DNA of 62,810 nucleotides, filler included, from Welwitschia mirabilis (taxonomy: Eukaryota), in the NCBI GenBank assembly GCA_051453625.1. It is 6 parts of one record of this genome, joined end to end, with 100 filler letters (N's around TTAATTAATTAA, not from the genome) between each part and the next. Parts side by side here need not be neighbours in the genome. Positions count along the whole stretch, not along the records: positions 1 to 24,207 come from JBOZIK010000001.1; positions 24,308 to 29,844 come from JBOZIK010000001.1; 4 more parts are not named here. One strand, given 5' to 3'. Below the pieces are notes generated by a model that worked only from the letters and a program-made list of their open reading frames with translations, searched no databases and was not told the origin of the DNA. Position numbers and translations under genes: made by a program. Shown one piece after another: positions 11,801-25,490 of the stretch. Position 1 is the first letter of the stretch. Each line of letters starts with the position of its first letter.

Positions 11801-14800
11801 ATGCAATATTAATAANNNNNNNNNNCAACAAGCTTCTAAAATTCTCAACAAAATCAAAATGATCTAATGGAAGAGTTAAGAAGAACTAACAAAAATAATG
11901 AAAATTCAGTTAATGTGCTTTAACAAATAATATTAGCCAATCAAAGATCACAAGAATCTCTTGCAACTCAATCTTAAAAGAGATTGTAAAAAAATTGATA
12001 TAATACCACCTATCCATAAGACTTCAACTTTCTAAAATGATGGAGAAGGTGAGGATGAGGATGATATAGAAATCCTAGAAACATATACTTTCCTTAAACT
12101 TTAGATGAACCTTCATGAAATAATAAAAGAAAAAGATAAGTTATTCCTTGACTTAACATAAATTTCACTTTTGATGAGAACTTAATGCAAGATGATAATA
12201 ATGGCTCATCCTTTTTGGAACTATTGTAAGAAATTCCTAAGTATGCTAAGTTGTGAACAAGACCTACTTAGAAGAAAGCAAAAACATACTATCCCTAGTA
12301 GAGTCTTTCTTACACAATCTATTTTCAACTTACTTATATAAAAAACACCTACATTTAAAGATATAGGGGCAACAATAGTAACTATCACGTTAAAAGAGAA
12401 TAATAAAATAAAAAAAGCTTTAGTTGACATAGGAGTAAGTGTAAACATCATGCCTCTTCATGTTTGTAAAAGACTTAGATTAGAGGAAATAATTGAACCT
12501 ACACAAATCAAATTAGAATTGGTTAATACATCGACCAAAAAACCTATGAGGATCATTAAAAACTTAATCATTGAAATAAAAGAAGCTTACCANNNNNNNN
12601 NNNNNNNNNNNNNNNNNNNNNNNNNNNNNNNNNNNNNNNNNNNNNNNNNNNNNNNNNNNNNNNNNNNNNNNNNNNNNNNNNNNNNNNNNNNNGAAAAAAA
12701 AATAGGATAAGAAGGAAGATCAGATTAATTCAACAAATGTGATTAAGGATTTGACTACTTTTGTGGAGAAATACACTCAACTGATTATAGATGCAAAAGT
12801 AGAAAATGAAAAAAAACATAATATCAACATGTGATATATGTGAAGATAACTCTTATATAACAAAAGAATGTCATTTGTTACCTACATGTAAAGAGAAAAT
12901 ACTTGAAGAAGTGTATGCATTTAACCAAAGTCCTTCAAAGTTTCAAAACCAAATGCAATATCAATAAGGAATAAATGGGTAAAATAATTGAAAACCATTT
13001 GAGAATAGATTAAATAATGTAAATTTCAACCAAATACCTTCAACCAAGCTCTTTAAATTATCAACAAAATCAAAATGATCTAATGGAAGAGTTGAGAATA
13101 ACCACAAAAACTATTGAAAATCAAAGTAAAAACATTGAAAATTTAGTTAATGTATTTTAATAAACAACATTAACCTTTCAAAAACCATAAGGATCTCTTA
13201 CAACTCAAACTTTTCCAAATCTAAATGAAGTAAAAAGAGAAAGAGATTATAAAATAATTGATACACCATAACCTATTCATGAAACTTCAACTTCTAAAAA
13301 TGATGAGGAAGGTGAGGAAGAGGATGATATGGAAATATTGAAAAATATGCTTTCCCTTCAACTTTAGATAAGCCTTCATGCAAGAATAAAAGAAAAAGAC
13401 AAGCTCCCCTTGGTTTAATACAAATCCCATTTTTGATGAGCACTTAATGCAAGATGACAATGATAAATCATTCTTTTCAAAACTCTTGCAATTAAACCCT
13501 AAGCATGCTAAGTTGGCCTACTTAAAAGAAAATAAAAACGTACTATTCTTAGTAGAGTTTTTCTTGCTTAATCTATTTCCAACTTAGTCATAGAAAAAGC
13601 ACCTAAATTTAAAGATCCTGGGGTAGCAACATTAAGTGTTACTTTAAAATGGAATTAAAAAATTAGAAAAGCTTTTATTGATATTGGAGCAAGTGTTAAA
13701 ATCATGTCTCTTCACATTTGTAAAAGATTTGGATTAGAAGAAAGAATAAAACCTACACAAATCATATTAGAATTAGTCGATACTTCAATCAGGAAACCTA
13801 TGGGAATCATTAAAAATTTAGTTATCTAAATAGAAAAAGCCTATTACATCATATATATGATTATAATTGAAGCATAACATGATGGAAGTTACACACTAAT
13901 TTTAGGAAGAACCTTTTATGCAACCACTCACTGCATTATAAACACATAAACTAGATTAATGGAATGTTACATAAGTAATAAGAGATACACTATTAAAGTT
14001 TTTGATGATATAGAAAAAGATATGGGTGATGAGGAAAACTTAGAAAAAAAGAGCTAAAACAATTTTATTTGTATAACATCACTCAGTTGAAATGAAATTA
14101 AGAACGCTAAAAGAATTAAATTTGCATAAAAATCCAACAGAAATAGATAGTTCTGATCACGAGGATGAAGAAATCAAATCTGTTAATAGGAAAGAAGTCT
14201 AAATTGTGAACTTAATTGAAATTTTCTATTATAAGCCTCGTTGTCCATCATGTCATCCAGACAATAGTGTGGCATGATAGTTAAAAAAATCATAAATCAA
14301 TAAAAGAAAAATAAGAATAATGAAAAAAAGTGATATACAGCTACTGATAAGACAAGTACATAAAATATTCAACATAGTAAGAATAAAGACAACAATGAGA
14401 AAAGGAGGAATAATGAAAAATCCATAACATCTAAATCAAACTTAATGAAAAATAGACCTATTCTTTTCAATACAATAATCCAATTTAGAAAATATTCCCA
14501 TGTTTATCCATTCCATTCTCTTAAAGTTCTTCAAAAAAAATCTTTCCCTTTTCTACCAAGTCTACTTGAGCCAGTAATAATAACTTTTTTCAAAAGTATA
14601 GCTTGGGAAATTTTGGACTTTAAAATTGTGGATAATTTTATCTTTTTGATAATTCATACTACAAGTTAAAACTTAGTGGACTTCTTAATTATATTAAACC
14701 TACCTTAATCATTTACCCTAAGAAGCTTTCTTCAAAATTTTTGATTTTTAATAAAACCATTAATTTTTTTCATCCTCAATATCAATCTTTAAATGGAATC

Positions 14801-17800
14801 TATATTTGGAATTCTTTATATCATGAGCTTGATAAGATGCTATTCTTCCATGAATTATCTAAACTCTTTCTCTCTTATTTTACAAATAAATTTTATGCAG
14901 CCAAAATGTTACCTTATCATGTATGTATGTCTTTTATCAAGTAGTCTCTATTTGATTTGATCCTTATTTTTATGAGAAAATACAATATCTTAGGACCTAA
15001 ATGAATTCTTTTTTTTTCTTTTTTTTTTTAATAAAGTGTTGAGTAGGATTTAGAATTTGAATAAACTTTGTTTTTTTAATATTGGATTTACCCAATCTTA
15101 AGACATTTAAATGTCTATGAACTTTATTTTGAAGGAAGATGCTTTGTTTTTTTGTGTTTTCTCTCAATGGTATGAGTCTTTAGTTGTTTGAGGGTGTTTT
15201 TTTCCTTGTATTTCATCTCATTTCTTTACCTTCATCTTTACGAGCATGTGATCATGTGGGATTTATTTTGATGAAGTTAGTTAAAAAAATGGGGGAAGGT
15301 GGGGAGAATAATGACCATGATTTATTGTATATGTGCTAAATACATGATCACCATGATGTCCTACAACACTGGGGTAAATTTTCCTAAAAGGGATCTTTAG
15401 CAATGTCACTAGCTACAGAACTCCACTAGAGGGTTAGTTGGCCATGCTTTGTGAATTCTTACTTCTTGACTATGGTTGCACTCACCTCATCATGGATTAA
15501 AATAAAATACTTTGAGGTTATGGAATCAGTGGTGCTCCTAATGTTATTAGAGGAATTGCTTGTCCCCTAGACTCGTTACACTTATAATATTTCCATATGG
15601 TCATTTTATTTTTAAGGATTTGATTGTGTTTGGGGTATTAGTAGGTAAGTTCATTTTTGATAGCTCCTGATCATATCATTCATTATTTGAAAACATTAGT
15701 TACTTAGCATCATCATAATCAATGCCTATTCAATTACTGTTTTATAAATTTTTCACATTATTTCATGCATCATTAATTAGATGATTTTATGATTTTTTCC
15801 ATGAGGGTTTTCTAGGTTTGAATTTAGGGTAGGCACATAATCTTATTCATGTTTTTAAATTATCCAATTTTGTTTTGTTTTCTTTAGTTGTTTTCTTTGG
15901 TATTTCAAAGTCATTTCCATAGCTTTTCATTACAAATGCTTAGGACTTGATTATTTAGTAGTTTTCTTATTGATTTTTGTTTTCATTTGTAGTTTTTCTT
16001 TCTTGAAGTTAATTTTATTTTTACAAATAAATTTCCTTAATTTATGAGGCTGAATTTTCCCATTTATTCTTTTAAATCTTTTCAAGTTTAGTTTTCTTTA
16101 ATTTTTGATGCATCTAGTACTATTTTTAAAGAATTATAAAGTTCATGGCATATTTATCTTCCTTAGCTTGTTGCATTCACCTCCTTTATCATGCCTTAAT
16201 TTATCATGATTCTTAATCATTTCCCATCTTTCAGACTTTCTGATACCTTTCAGAAACCTTTGTGATACCATTTAACTTATTCTACTGAATTTTTCATTCC
16301 TTCTAACTCTTTTGAAAACCTTGTCATCCATCATGTCATCCAGACAATAAGACAAATGACACAAAAATATTTTTTAAATAATCACCATTTTTATGTTTCA
16401 TATTTTTCAGACTAAATCTGACCCTTCTTTTCATGCAAAAAATGCTACTTTGAGGCCCACATGTTTTTCTTATTTGTATGTAACTTGTGCTTCCATTCTT
16501 TTTCTTTTTACTTTAGTGCAATATGGGACGTATTGATTCAACTATTTTGGACAGGAGCACGGGGTGAAGGGAGGAAGGGATGGGAGGAGCAGGATATATA
16601 TTTTAAGATATTTGGAGTAAAATTTTAAATTCTGAAGGGTTAATTTTACATTTTCATGAGATAGATATATAATGTACTAATCCAATTACGAATGCCTATT
16701 ATTTGAGTGATATACATTTTGAATATTGTTTACTAAATTGTGTACCCAATAACAAAATAATTATAGTTTGTTTTTCTTGCAGGAATGATATAAAGAATTT
16801 ATGAGACCATGAATGAGGGGATTAATGTTATGATTGATTATTTTTCATATATTTTTCCTTGTAGATTGTGCTTAAAAACTCAATGATTAATCTATGAGTA
16901 TCATTTTTGAGTTATTACTTTTTCTAACCATATATGCACATCATTTATCTAGGTTATTATGGTTATATATTATGATGATTATTTTTGTTATGACATCTAA
17001 TTTCTATCTTTTTGATGTGATAAATGTTTTAAATGGGGATCTAATGCACTAGTAAGTATTTGATTTTATTTTTTGACAAGCATGATTATAGGCATTTGAT
17101 TTTATAGATAGATTTTTACTGGCTTATCATCCCTATAATCATTTAGACGATAGTCTGGATGACACCATGGTTACTTCATCTACCAAGGTAAAACATCCCA
17201 TTTATTTGATTTTGAGATTTGATCCTGTATCATGAAATTTCTGAACTTAATTTATAATTCAACAGTTAGTATTTGTCTTAGTCAATTTAGTTAATTTGAC
17301 TAGCAATTATAGTTGTTTGCTAACTTTATCAGGGACTGACAAGGCTAAGTGGGCAGTTGTATTGTAATGACAAATTATATGTTTTTGATGGGGTATTTTG
17401 AGTAGTTATGTAGGAAATTTAAATAGTTTTAAGCACAAAACGATGCTTATTAAGAGTTAAGGTAAAATTCACGAAAATGCACAAAAACCAATACATTTGA
17501 AGGCATTTTGGACTAATTCTGATACATCACTTTTTGAGGAGGAATTAATGAGCTTCAAGGCTAGTTTGACTTGATAAAAAGGTTCAAGAAGGCTGTTGTC
17601 CCTTTCATCATCTCGACAATAGACTAGGAGGACACCTCTTACATGCTGACTAGGATGCTGACTAAACCAGCATGAAGGCTAAATATAAAACTTTATTGAT
17701 GTGGCATTATCCCCATCATCATCCAGATGATAACCAGGATAACATCTGAAATTAGTCAATATAACAAACTTCATCAAACTTATGCAATGTGTCATGCACC

Positions 17801-18600
17801 CTCTTGCATATCTGTTAGGGTTTTACTGCATTTGTTAGATTGTCTATTTTTGAGTATGTTATTATTAATAAGCACTGACTTCGCCCTTTACTTCGATAAT
17901 CTTCATTACACCAAAAATTCTCATGATAGGAGATCAAAGGACTGAAGGTCCATTTGTCAATTGCAAAGAGGGATATTCCTTGTTGTTGGGTTGTGTATGC
18001 TTCATTGAGGTATTGCTGCTACTTTGTTAGGATCTTGGTTTGAGTTTTAATGAAAATATTCTTTTAGTTTTATTCATATTCATGTGCATGTTCCTTATGG
18101 TTTACGTTGCTTATAATTTTGTAACAACTTTATTTGTGATATAGGTTATTAAGGATGACCTTTATTAAGGTTGAAAACATTAGTTTAGAAACTTGCATTG
18201 CATTTTATATTTCCTAGATTAATCATTGCATGTTTTCCATATTCTGTTCGACGTACTTAATAGCCTAGGTTGGTTTTGATTAGTGACAGTTTTCTTGATT
18301 GATCTAGGTTATATAGGACTGATCTTGGTGACAGAGTTTTGATAGTCGAATAGATATTGCATTTAGGGTATTTTGCATTTTACATTTGCATAGTGTTTTT
18401 AGTTTTCTTACATTGTTTATTTTCATATAGAACCTTTACTTCATGAAAAGCAATTCTCTTTCTTCTTGTCTAGTGCCTTTGATGGATTATGATATTTGGG
18501 TCCACTACCATCTATATTAGTGTGTTGTGTTTGTGCATGTATTTGTGATTGACAAGATTTGACTAAGGAAATAACATTTGTATAAATGCGCACTACAATA
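8836..18600 (+). mobile_element. Full-length, decayed, apparently non-autonomous Athila-like Ty3/gypsy LTR retrotransposon (5' LTR 8836-10129, 3' LTR 17358-18600)
   Basis: Two alignable ~1.25-1.3 kb direct repeats with a perfect 5-bp TSD ATGGA (8831-8835 and 18601-18605). A degenerate tRNA-Asp-type PBS follows 10129 (TTAGCATCATTTCTGGAAA vs canonical TGGCGCCGTTGCCGGGG), and PPT-like AAGTGGGCAGT precedes 17358. Confidence 0.9.
10706..14050 (+). pseudogene. Degenerate gag + aspartic protease of the Athila-like element, with a duplicated gag-end/protease segment
   Basis: gag-like PTFLREPNKDPFQYL and CNTCKDNSQVIKECP; protease motifs KALVDIGVSVNIMP (~12415-12455) and KAFIDIGASVKIM (~13670-13705), then LILGRTF (~13895-13915). 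Many stops and frameshifts. Confidence 0.8.
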
Positions 18601-21600
18601 ATGGACTTAATCATTAATCAATAAATAAATAAGTGAATCTACTTAAGTTAATGGCCTTTTCTTTTTTTTGTATTTTTTAGTGGATCTTGAAATCAACTAA
18701 GCATAGTTTTAACTAAGTAACTTATAGGAAATTAAGAAATCATAGCAAATCCTAAGTATACAAGTTAGAAACAATAAATCTAAAAGGCCTCTGATTCCCA
18801 CCTATTAATTTCCATTATTTTCCATTTCTACCAACATAAATAACCTTAGTTTAAGATTATAAATCACATTGATCATCCATTATTTATGACATATCCTTTT
18901 AACAAAATTAAACATGTTGATGTATAAAGGAGTCAGTGCTGCATTGCTAGTGAGAGTCTATAGCCCTAATGTAGTTGAACATGTCATAACATACATCATT
19001 AGAGCTATATTACTAGTGAGCATCCATAGCCCTAATGTAGTTAACTAAACCTAATTAAATTATATAAGTTATGTGCATTTGAAGAATAGATATATTATTT
19101 TCTTTTGTTCATCTTCTCATGTTTATTTTTTTAATACACATTTAATGGGTCATTGACGCATTAGCCTAATCAAGACAAATCTTGTTCCCATCAAAAGGTT
19201 TAACTTAAGAAACATACACAAAATTAGGTTCCACCTTTTTAACCAAGTTTTTACTATAGTCAAAGATCTTAAGCAAATGCGCTCTTAACCATCACATTTG
19301 AAATAAGCATAAACCTCCCTTAAAAACCCATAAGTAAACTTAATTGCAACTATAAATTAGGTGATATGAGATCATTTATTATTGATTTTTATCTAAGGGT
19401 CATTAACCTGGGTTTGTAAGTTTCAAGAATTCATAGATGAATGACCTAGATGGATGGTTTGTTAGTTTAGTGGGGTTATTAGGGAATGAAAGGGGTGAAT
19501 GAAGAAGCTTAAGGGGATAAAATTTAAGGATTTTTAANNNNNNNNNNNNNNNNNNNNNNNNNNNNNNNNNNNNNNNNNNNNNNNNNNNNNNNNNNNNNNN
19601 NNNNNNNNNNNNNNNNNNNNNNNNNNNNNNNNNNNNNNNNNNNNNNNNNNNNNNNNNNNNNNNNNNNNNNNNNNNNNNNNNNNNNNNNNNNNNNNNNNNN
19701 NNNNNNNNNNNNNNNNNNNNNNNNNNNNNNNNNNNNNNNNNNNNNNNNNNNNNNNNNNNNNNNNNNNNNNNNNNNNNNNNNNNNNNNNNNNNNNNNNNNN
19801 NNNNNNNNNNNNNNNNNNNNNNNNNNNNNNNNNNNNNNNNNNNNNNNNNNNNNNNNNNNNNNNNNNNNNNNNNNNNNNNNNNNNNNNNNNNAATGAAAGG
19901 GGTGAATGAAGAAGCTTAAGGGGACAAAATTTAAGGATTTTTAAGTGAAATGGTTTAAGGTGGTGATTGTACTGATGGAAGTACTTATGAGTTTTAAGCA
20001 AGAGAGATCATGAGGCATATACATCTTTATGTCTTTTCTTTTTTTATAAAAGAAATCAAAGTTAAAAGAAAAATCTATCCTAAAAAAAAAAAATAAAACT
20101 TCAAATTCTCTAAGGTGATATGTGCATGAAGACTTAAGAGTGTGGAAACGATGGTCCGATGATTCAAAACTTTGTGGAGTATTTTAAAGTAGAAGAAAAT
20201 TCATGTAAATTTTTATGAATGAGTATATGAACTTAGAGAAAACATTATAACAATCAGAAAAATTTATGAGTTTAGAGCCAGTAGTAGTTCCTCCCTTAGC
20301 TTGTTTATGTTTAATCAAGAACTCTTACAAGACATCATGTTGGGAGGAAGACGAAAATGAATTGGAAACATCATAGTCTTTGAAGGTTAGTTCCAATTTT
20401 ACAAAAGTTTTATTTTCCATCGTAAGGTTGAATCTTGCTTAGAAAAATGTGAAGATGTCATAATGGGTTCAAGATGTTGTAGGCAAAAGGATTACTTAAA
20501 GGGTGGATCATAAAAAGGATCTTGGTTAATGTTCTTCTCTTTGTTAAGGTTCATAGAAGATTCTTGCTTNNNNNNNNNNNNNNNNNNNNNNNNNNNNNNN
20601 NNNNNNNNNNNNNNNNNNNNNNNNNNNNNNNNNNNNNNNNNNNNNNNNNNNNNNNNNNNNNNNNNNNNNNNNNNNNNNNNNNNNNNNNNNNNNNNNNNNN
20701 NNNNNNNNNNNNNNNNNNNNNNNNNNNNNNNNNNNNNNNNNNNNNNNNNNNNNNNNNNNNNNNNNNNNNNNNNNNNNNNNNNNNNNNNNNNNNNNNNNNN
20801 NNNNNNNNNNNNNNNNNNNNNNNNNNNNNNNNNNNNNNNNNNNNNNNNNNNNNNNNNNNNNNNNNNNNNNNNNNNNNNNNNNNNNNNNNNNNNNNNNNNN
20901 NNNNNNNNNNNNNNNNNNNNNNNNNNNNNNNNNNNNNNNNNNNNNNNNNNNNNNNNNNNNNNNNNNNNNNNNNNNNNNNNNNNNNNNNNNNNNNNNNNNN
21001 NNNNNNNNNNNNNNNNNNNNNNNNNNNNNNNNNNNNNNNNNNNNNNNNNNNNNNNNNNNNNNNNNNNNNNNNNNNNNNNNNNNNNNNNNNNNNNNNNNNN
21101 NNNNNNNNNNNNNNNNNNNNNNNNNNNNNNNNNNNNNNNNNNNNNNNNNNNNNNNNNNNNNNNNNNNNNNNNNNNNNNNNNNNNNNNNNNNNNNNNNNNN
21201 NNNNNNNNNNNNNNNNNNNNNNNNNNNNNNNNNNNNNNNNNNNNNNNNNNNNNNNNNNNNNNNNNNNNNNNNNNNNNNTGAGATTTGAAGAAGTTAATAT
21301 CATTTCTTTCATCAATGTTGCCTAGGGATTCATTCTCTATTGTATAACATTTGAGTTTTTCGCCTCCTTCAAATGTTTACTGACTCATTATAGATTGATC
21401 GTCATCGTCTGGAGTGTTTAATCCTAATCTGAAGTATAGCCTATTTGCATGCAATCATTCACTCTCTAAGGCATTTCTATACTCAAGGTCCTCTTGCATA
21501 TCATCAGTGGTTTCATTATTGGCTTTAAAGTTTTCTTCTTTATTCTTAAAGAATATGGTTTGGGTGTTGTTAATGTTACCTTAATTAGTCCCTTTAAAGT

Positions 21601-21850
21601 TTTCTAAGTTTTAAAAGCTTATGAAAAGTGGAAAGGTTTTCTTCTTCTTATTGGTTAAGTGTACTAAATATTTGAGCAATGACTTGGCTTAATTATTGGA
21701 TATTTTACTCAACCATTTGGTTTATTTGCATTTGATCTTCCATAAATCTTATAAGGATGTCTATCATGTCTAGCATTTCTTAAGGTTAGAAACATTTCTA
21801 GTTACTTAGATAAATAATTAATATTGGGAATTTTCTAATAATAAAAAGTC
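18601..21850 (-). mobile_element. Remnant of the minus-strand Athila-like host element interrupted by the 8836-18600 insertion
   Basis: 18850-19500 visibly resembles 6000-6660 (e.g. TATAGCCCTAATGTAGTTGAAC vs TATAGTCCTAGTGTAGATGAATG). No intact ORF; boundaries approximate. Confidence 0.45.
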
Positions 21851-23720
21851 TAGTTGCTAATCTTTTAAAAATAATAAAAACAATAGTAACAATAAAGCTT
21901 GGTGTTTACATGTTTATTTATTTTAGAAATTTATTAAAAGATTAACTTATAGTTACTAATTTTAGAAAATTAGTTGAAAGATTAAGTTAATTATAAAACT
22001 ATTACCTAGGCATGCTTTTCTATTCTTACAGTTTGGAATTAAATTACTTGACTTATTTTGGAAATTAACCACAAATTTGATATAGATTTCTTTTAATTAT
22101 GTTTTGATCATGGACTAGTGAATATATGTGATTTAAGGTACTTACTCATGTTATTTATTTCATTTAGTTAAATTTATTTAGAACTATTATATTATGTTAT
22201 TGTTTACACCCAGTGGCCGGGATTAGCAAGGATGCATTAAGAGAACGTAAACTAACTATAGAAACTTAAACCTTATTGTTAGTATTTTGTTAAAAATACT
22301 TGAGCCTATTAGCTATTAGAGTCATACCTAGTGATTTTGAACATGTTGGAGCTTGGATACGATTAGGAGTCCTTAGGAATTTAGCTTAGAACAGGTATGG
22401 TGTCAGCCTCTTCTTGTATTTCTTATATGGTCTGGGTTTTTCTTTCTTGTATTTTGTATAGTTTTTGCTTAATCTTATAAATCTTGTATGAAAGTACTAT
22501 TTTTTATATTATCTCGTATGTGGTAAATTGTTCATTAGGATAATGATCTTATAATTTTAAAGCATCTTGCTAATATTTTATGAGAGTCCTTTAAGAGTCT
22601 TTATGCTTCATGTGGGTCATTTGTGAGAACCTTGTACAATTGTAAATCCTTATTTATCTTGTTGTTAACTATTTTTAATTGATTCTTGTAGTTAGCCCCT
22701 TTGTAAGCCATCTTGTGATTATATTGTATCAACCATCGACCTATATCATGACATGTTAAATTATGAAATTAAAACTGGCTAGGGTAACCAGTTGTATGGA
22801 CTTCAGAGAGTGTAACTCTTCATTGGAAGTCCCAAAACATTGGGACTAGAGTGCCAGAACAAAAAAGGAAGAAATGTACACAACTTGATATTTTTTATAT
22901 CCCTTCTAGTAGGGTGAAACTGGATTACTGCAAATTGTTGTGGAAAAACAGTAAAGAAGATAGTACTAAATTGATGAGAGGTCTTGGTCATGCCCTTCAT
23001 GACATCATTTTTTACCTTGTATCTTGTTGTGGGAAATTCCTATTCCAACCTATTCCATGCCTTGGGCCATACTAGGAACTATGATGGATGTAGTTCTTAC
23101 ACCATACATCTATGTACAGGATCTAATGCAAAAGAGAAAACTGAATAGCACTAAAGTTTGCTATGAGAACTAAGTATCACTTGCTTGTTTGCTTTAGTCG
23201 TTTGCATCTTCATGCTTTAGTACAATAATTATTCATATTTGAAAGGAGACTTTATATGAAAGCATATATTTATTAGCTTGCTATGTTATAGTTTGAGTAC
23301 AATAATTATTTGTTTGAAGCTTGCAATTATGTGTTGTTCATGTGAAAATTATTATGTGTAAAACATTCTCTTTTCTTCCAAAAGCTATTTTATTTTGAGC
23401 AAAATATATATGCATGTTTTCTTGGATTCATTATCAATATTTTCATCAAGTTATAAATTGTTTGACTCATTGTTATAATAATAGTCATTTGTTGTATTCT
23501 GTAAAATGTTTCTAGCTTTTGTCTTAGCATAAATGGTTAAGTTAATTAATTGTTTAGTGAGTCTAGAGTTCAAAGCTCTACTTACTGTTTTATATCCTCT
23601 TTTTTACTGCATAAAAATCAGTGCCTTTAATAAAAGAAAGTACTAAACCTAAAATATAGAACACTTTAAACATGTACAAACACTATAGAATACTCTACCT
23701 ATAATTGACCAAAGAATTAA

Positions 23721-24700
23721 TGTAGGCCTTTGCTCCGTAGTCCAGTGCCCAGACGAGTACAGCCACGTCCTCCTCACGGTCAAGCTCCTTCCCTCATTCT
23801 GCACAGTCCCCCTTTCTCCTGTGCATTACTTGCTCTTACGCGGTGCTTTAGTAAGCTGCCTCTTAGCCGAATACCTCTCTTTCGTAGCTGCGTCTGTTAA
23901 CGGCCTCCCTCTCTTGTTATACTCAGCCTTCTTCCATGATGCAGTACCCTACACATTCATAAGCGCCCCCTGATGCAGCGCGAAAAGCGTTTAAAGATAA
24001 AACCCTTGAAAAGGGAGAGAAATCCGAATAACTTCTATTTCAAAAATTGTTGTCTACAGTAGTACATGATGTACGTATTTATAGGACATAAGTCCTTTCA
24101 GCAAAAATCCCTAAACAATGTGGGATTAATGAAAAACAGAAAACTAATAAATGCTAGAATATAAAGATGGGGTTACACTACTCCATCCCCTTATTATGGA
24201 AATAATANNNNNNNNNNNNNNNNNNNNNNNNNNNNNNNNNNNNNNNNNNNNTTAATTAATTAANNNNNNNNNNNNNNNNNNNNNNNNNNNNNNNNNNNNN
24301 NNNNNNNACTAAAAAATAAAGATGGAGGTTACACCACTCCACCCTTCTTAACTAGGCTCGGCCCCAGCGGTACGCTCCACGTCACCCCCTCCTTCCATCG
24401 GTAATCCATGGATCAATTTCCTCTTTCTTTTGCACCTCCGCACGGCAAAAATCTGTGCACTCCTCCTTCTCTTCAAACTAACGCTTTGGCAGCCACCGTT
24501 TCTTCTCCGCTCCTCTGTTCCACGTCTTTCCCCACTCTCTGTCACTAGCTCATAAAAGCCAGTGTGTTCCCTCTTCCACCTGTATAGACTGCACTCCCTC
24601 CTCCACTAACGCGTCTGCGCATCCCCGGTCTTCTCCTTATAGTCCGGCATTTAGTTGTTTCCTTCCTTTAATCGAAGGACGATTGGAATTCCATCAAAGT
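23721..24700 (-). mobile_element. CpG-rich LTR retrotransposon fragment: ~457-bp LTR (23721-24177), plus a second PPT/LTR start at 24333 across a scaffold join
   Basis: Minus strand: GGGGATGGAGTAG+TGTAACCCCATC at 24177 and GAAGGGTGGAGTGG+TGTAACCTCCATC at 24333. TATA box (CCTATAAATA) near 24076-24085; probable ...GGCCTACA end at 23721. Confidence 0.6.
24208..24307. other. Artificial assembly spacer N44-TTAATTAATTAA-N44 (12-mer here at 24252; also at 29889, 39460, 44511, 57529)
   Basis: The same 12-mer, which has stops in all six frames, sits centred in a 100-bp N block five times. Confidence 0.95.
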
Positions 24701-25490
24701 GACTCACTAAACCTATTTTTTCTTGCCATCATCAAGCTTGTGTTGATAAGTGAAAGTGAAATCTTAAAGAAAGGAATGTAAATATCAAAAATTAGAAACC
24801 AAAGATTGAAGAAGAAAACAGTAGATATAGAAACAGAGATCTGAAATCATGAGCCATTTCTGGCTTCATTCTCTTTTTGCCGTCTATGTTTCTTTGCGTG
24901 TGCATACTCCTCCTCCTCCTCTCTGTGCCATTAAGAAGTATATTCATGTATGACGTCTAAAACAAGTTATACGAAAACTTTGATCGATAAGAACACCATA
25001 ACAACACCATGTTAAAAAGTGCATTATGAGACATTTTGCATAACAAAATAGCAAGTGGATAATTGGTTGTAAGGGAGGCTCGAGGACTTAGGAAGTCCTT
25101 AGTTTGAGTTTGTAGAATGAACATTTTTAAATAAATAAATTTTATTTATTGGCTCACACTCCATCTCACATGTCTTTAATTTACAAGATTAAACTCCCTA
25201 TCAGGTCCTATTTAACATACATTGTCAAGGCGATTCAGCTAACAAGACTCTTATTCAATTAGAGCACCTCATATTAATGGGTATAAGGCCTAAATAAATT
25301 CTTATTCAAGCACAGATAAAAATTTGTTGGCCATGGTATCCCTTCAAATATGAATATCTAAAATAATCCGTAAACTTTAGCTTCATTATACTGATTACTT
25401 ATTAAATATCATGATGATGGGAGTATTACCTCATAACTCTAGCATAACAAGGGTAAAATTTCAAATACTATACTATATTATTAGAGTTTT

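Noticed and set aside
21850..23700. Possible LTR or gene fragment, including the 74-aa ORF at 22851-23075
   Set aside because: No recognisable termini, protein motif or splice pattern, so it is left unassigned.
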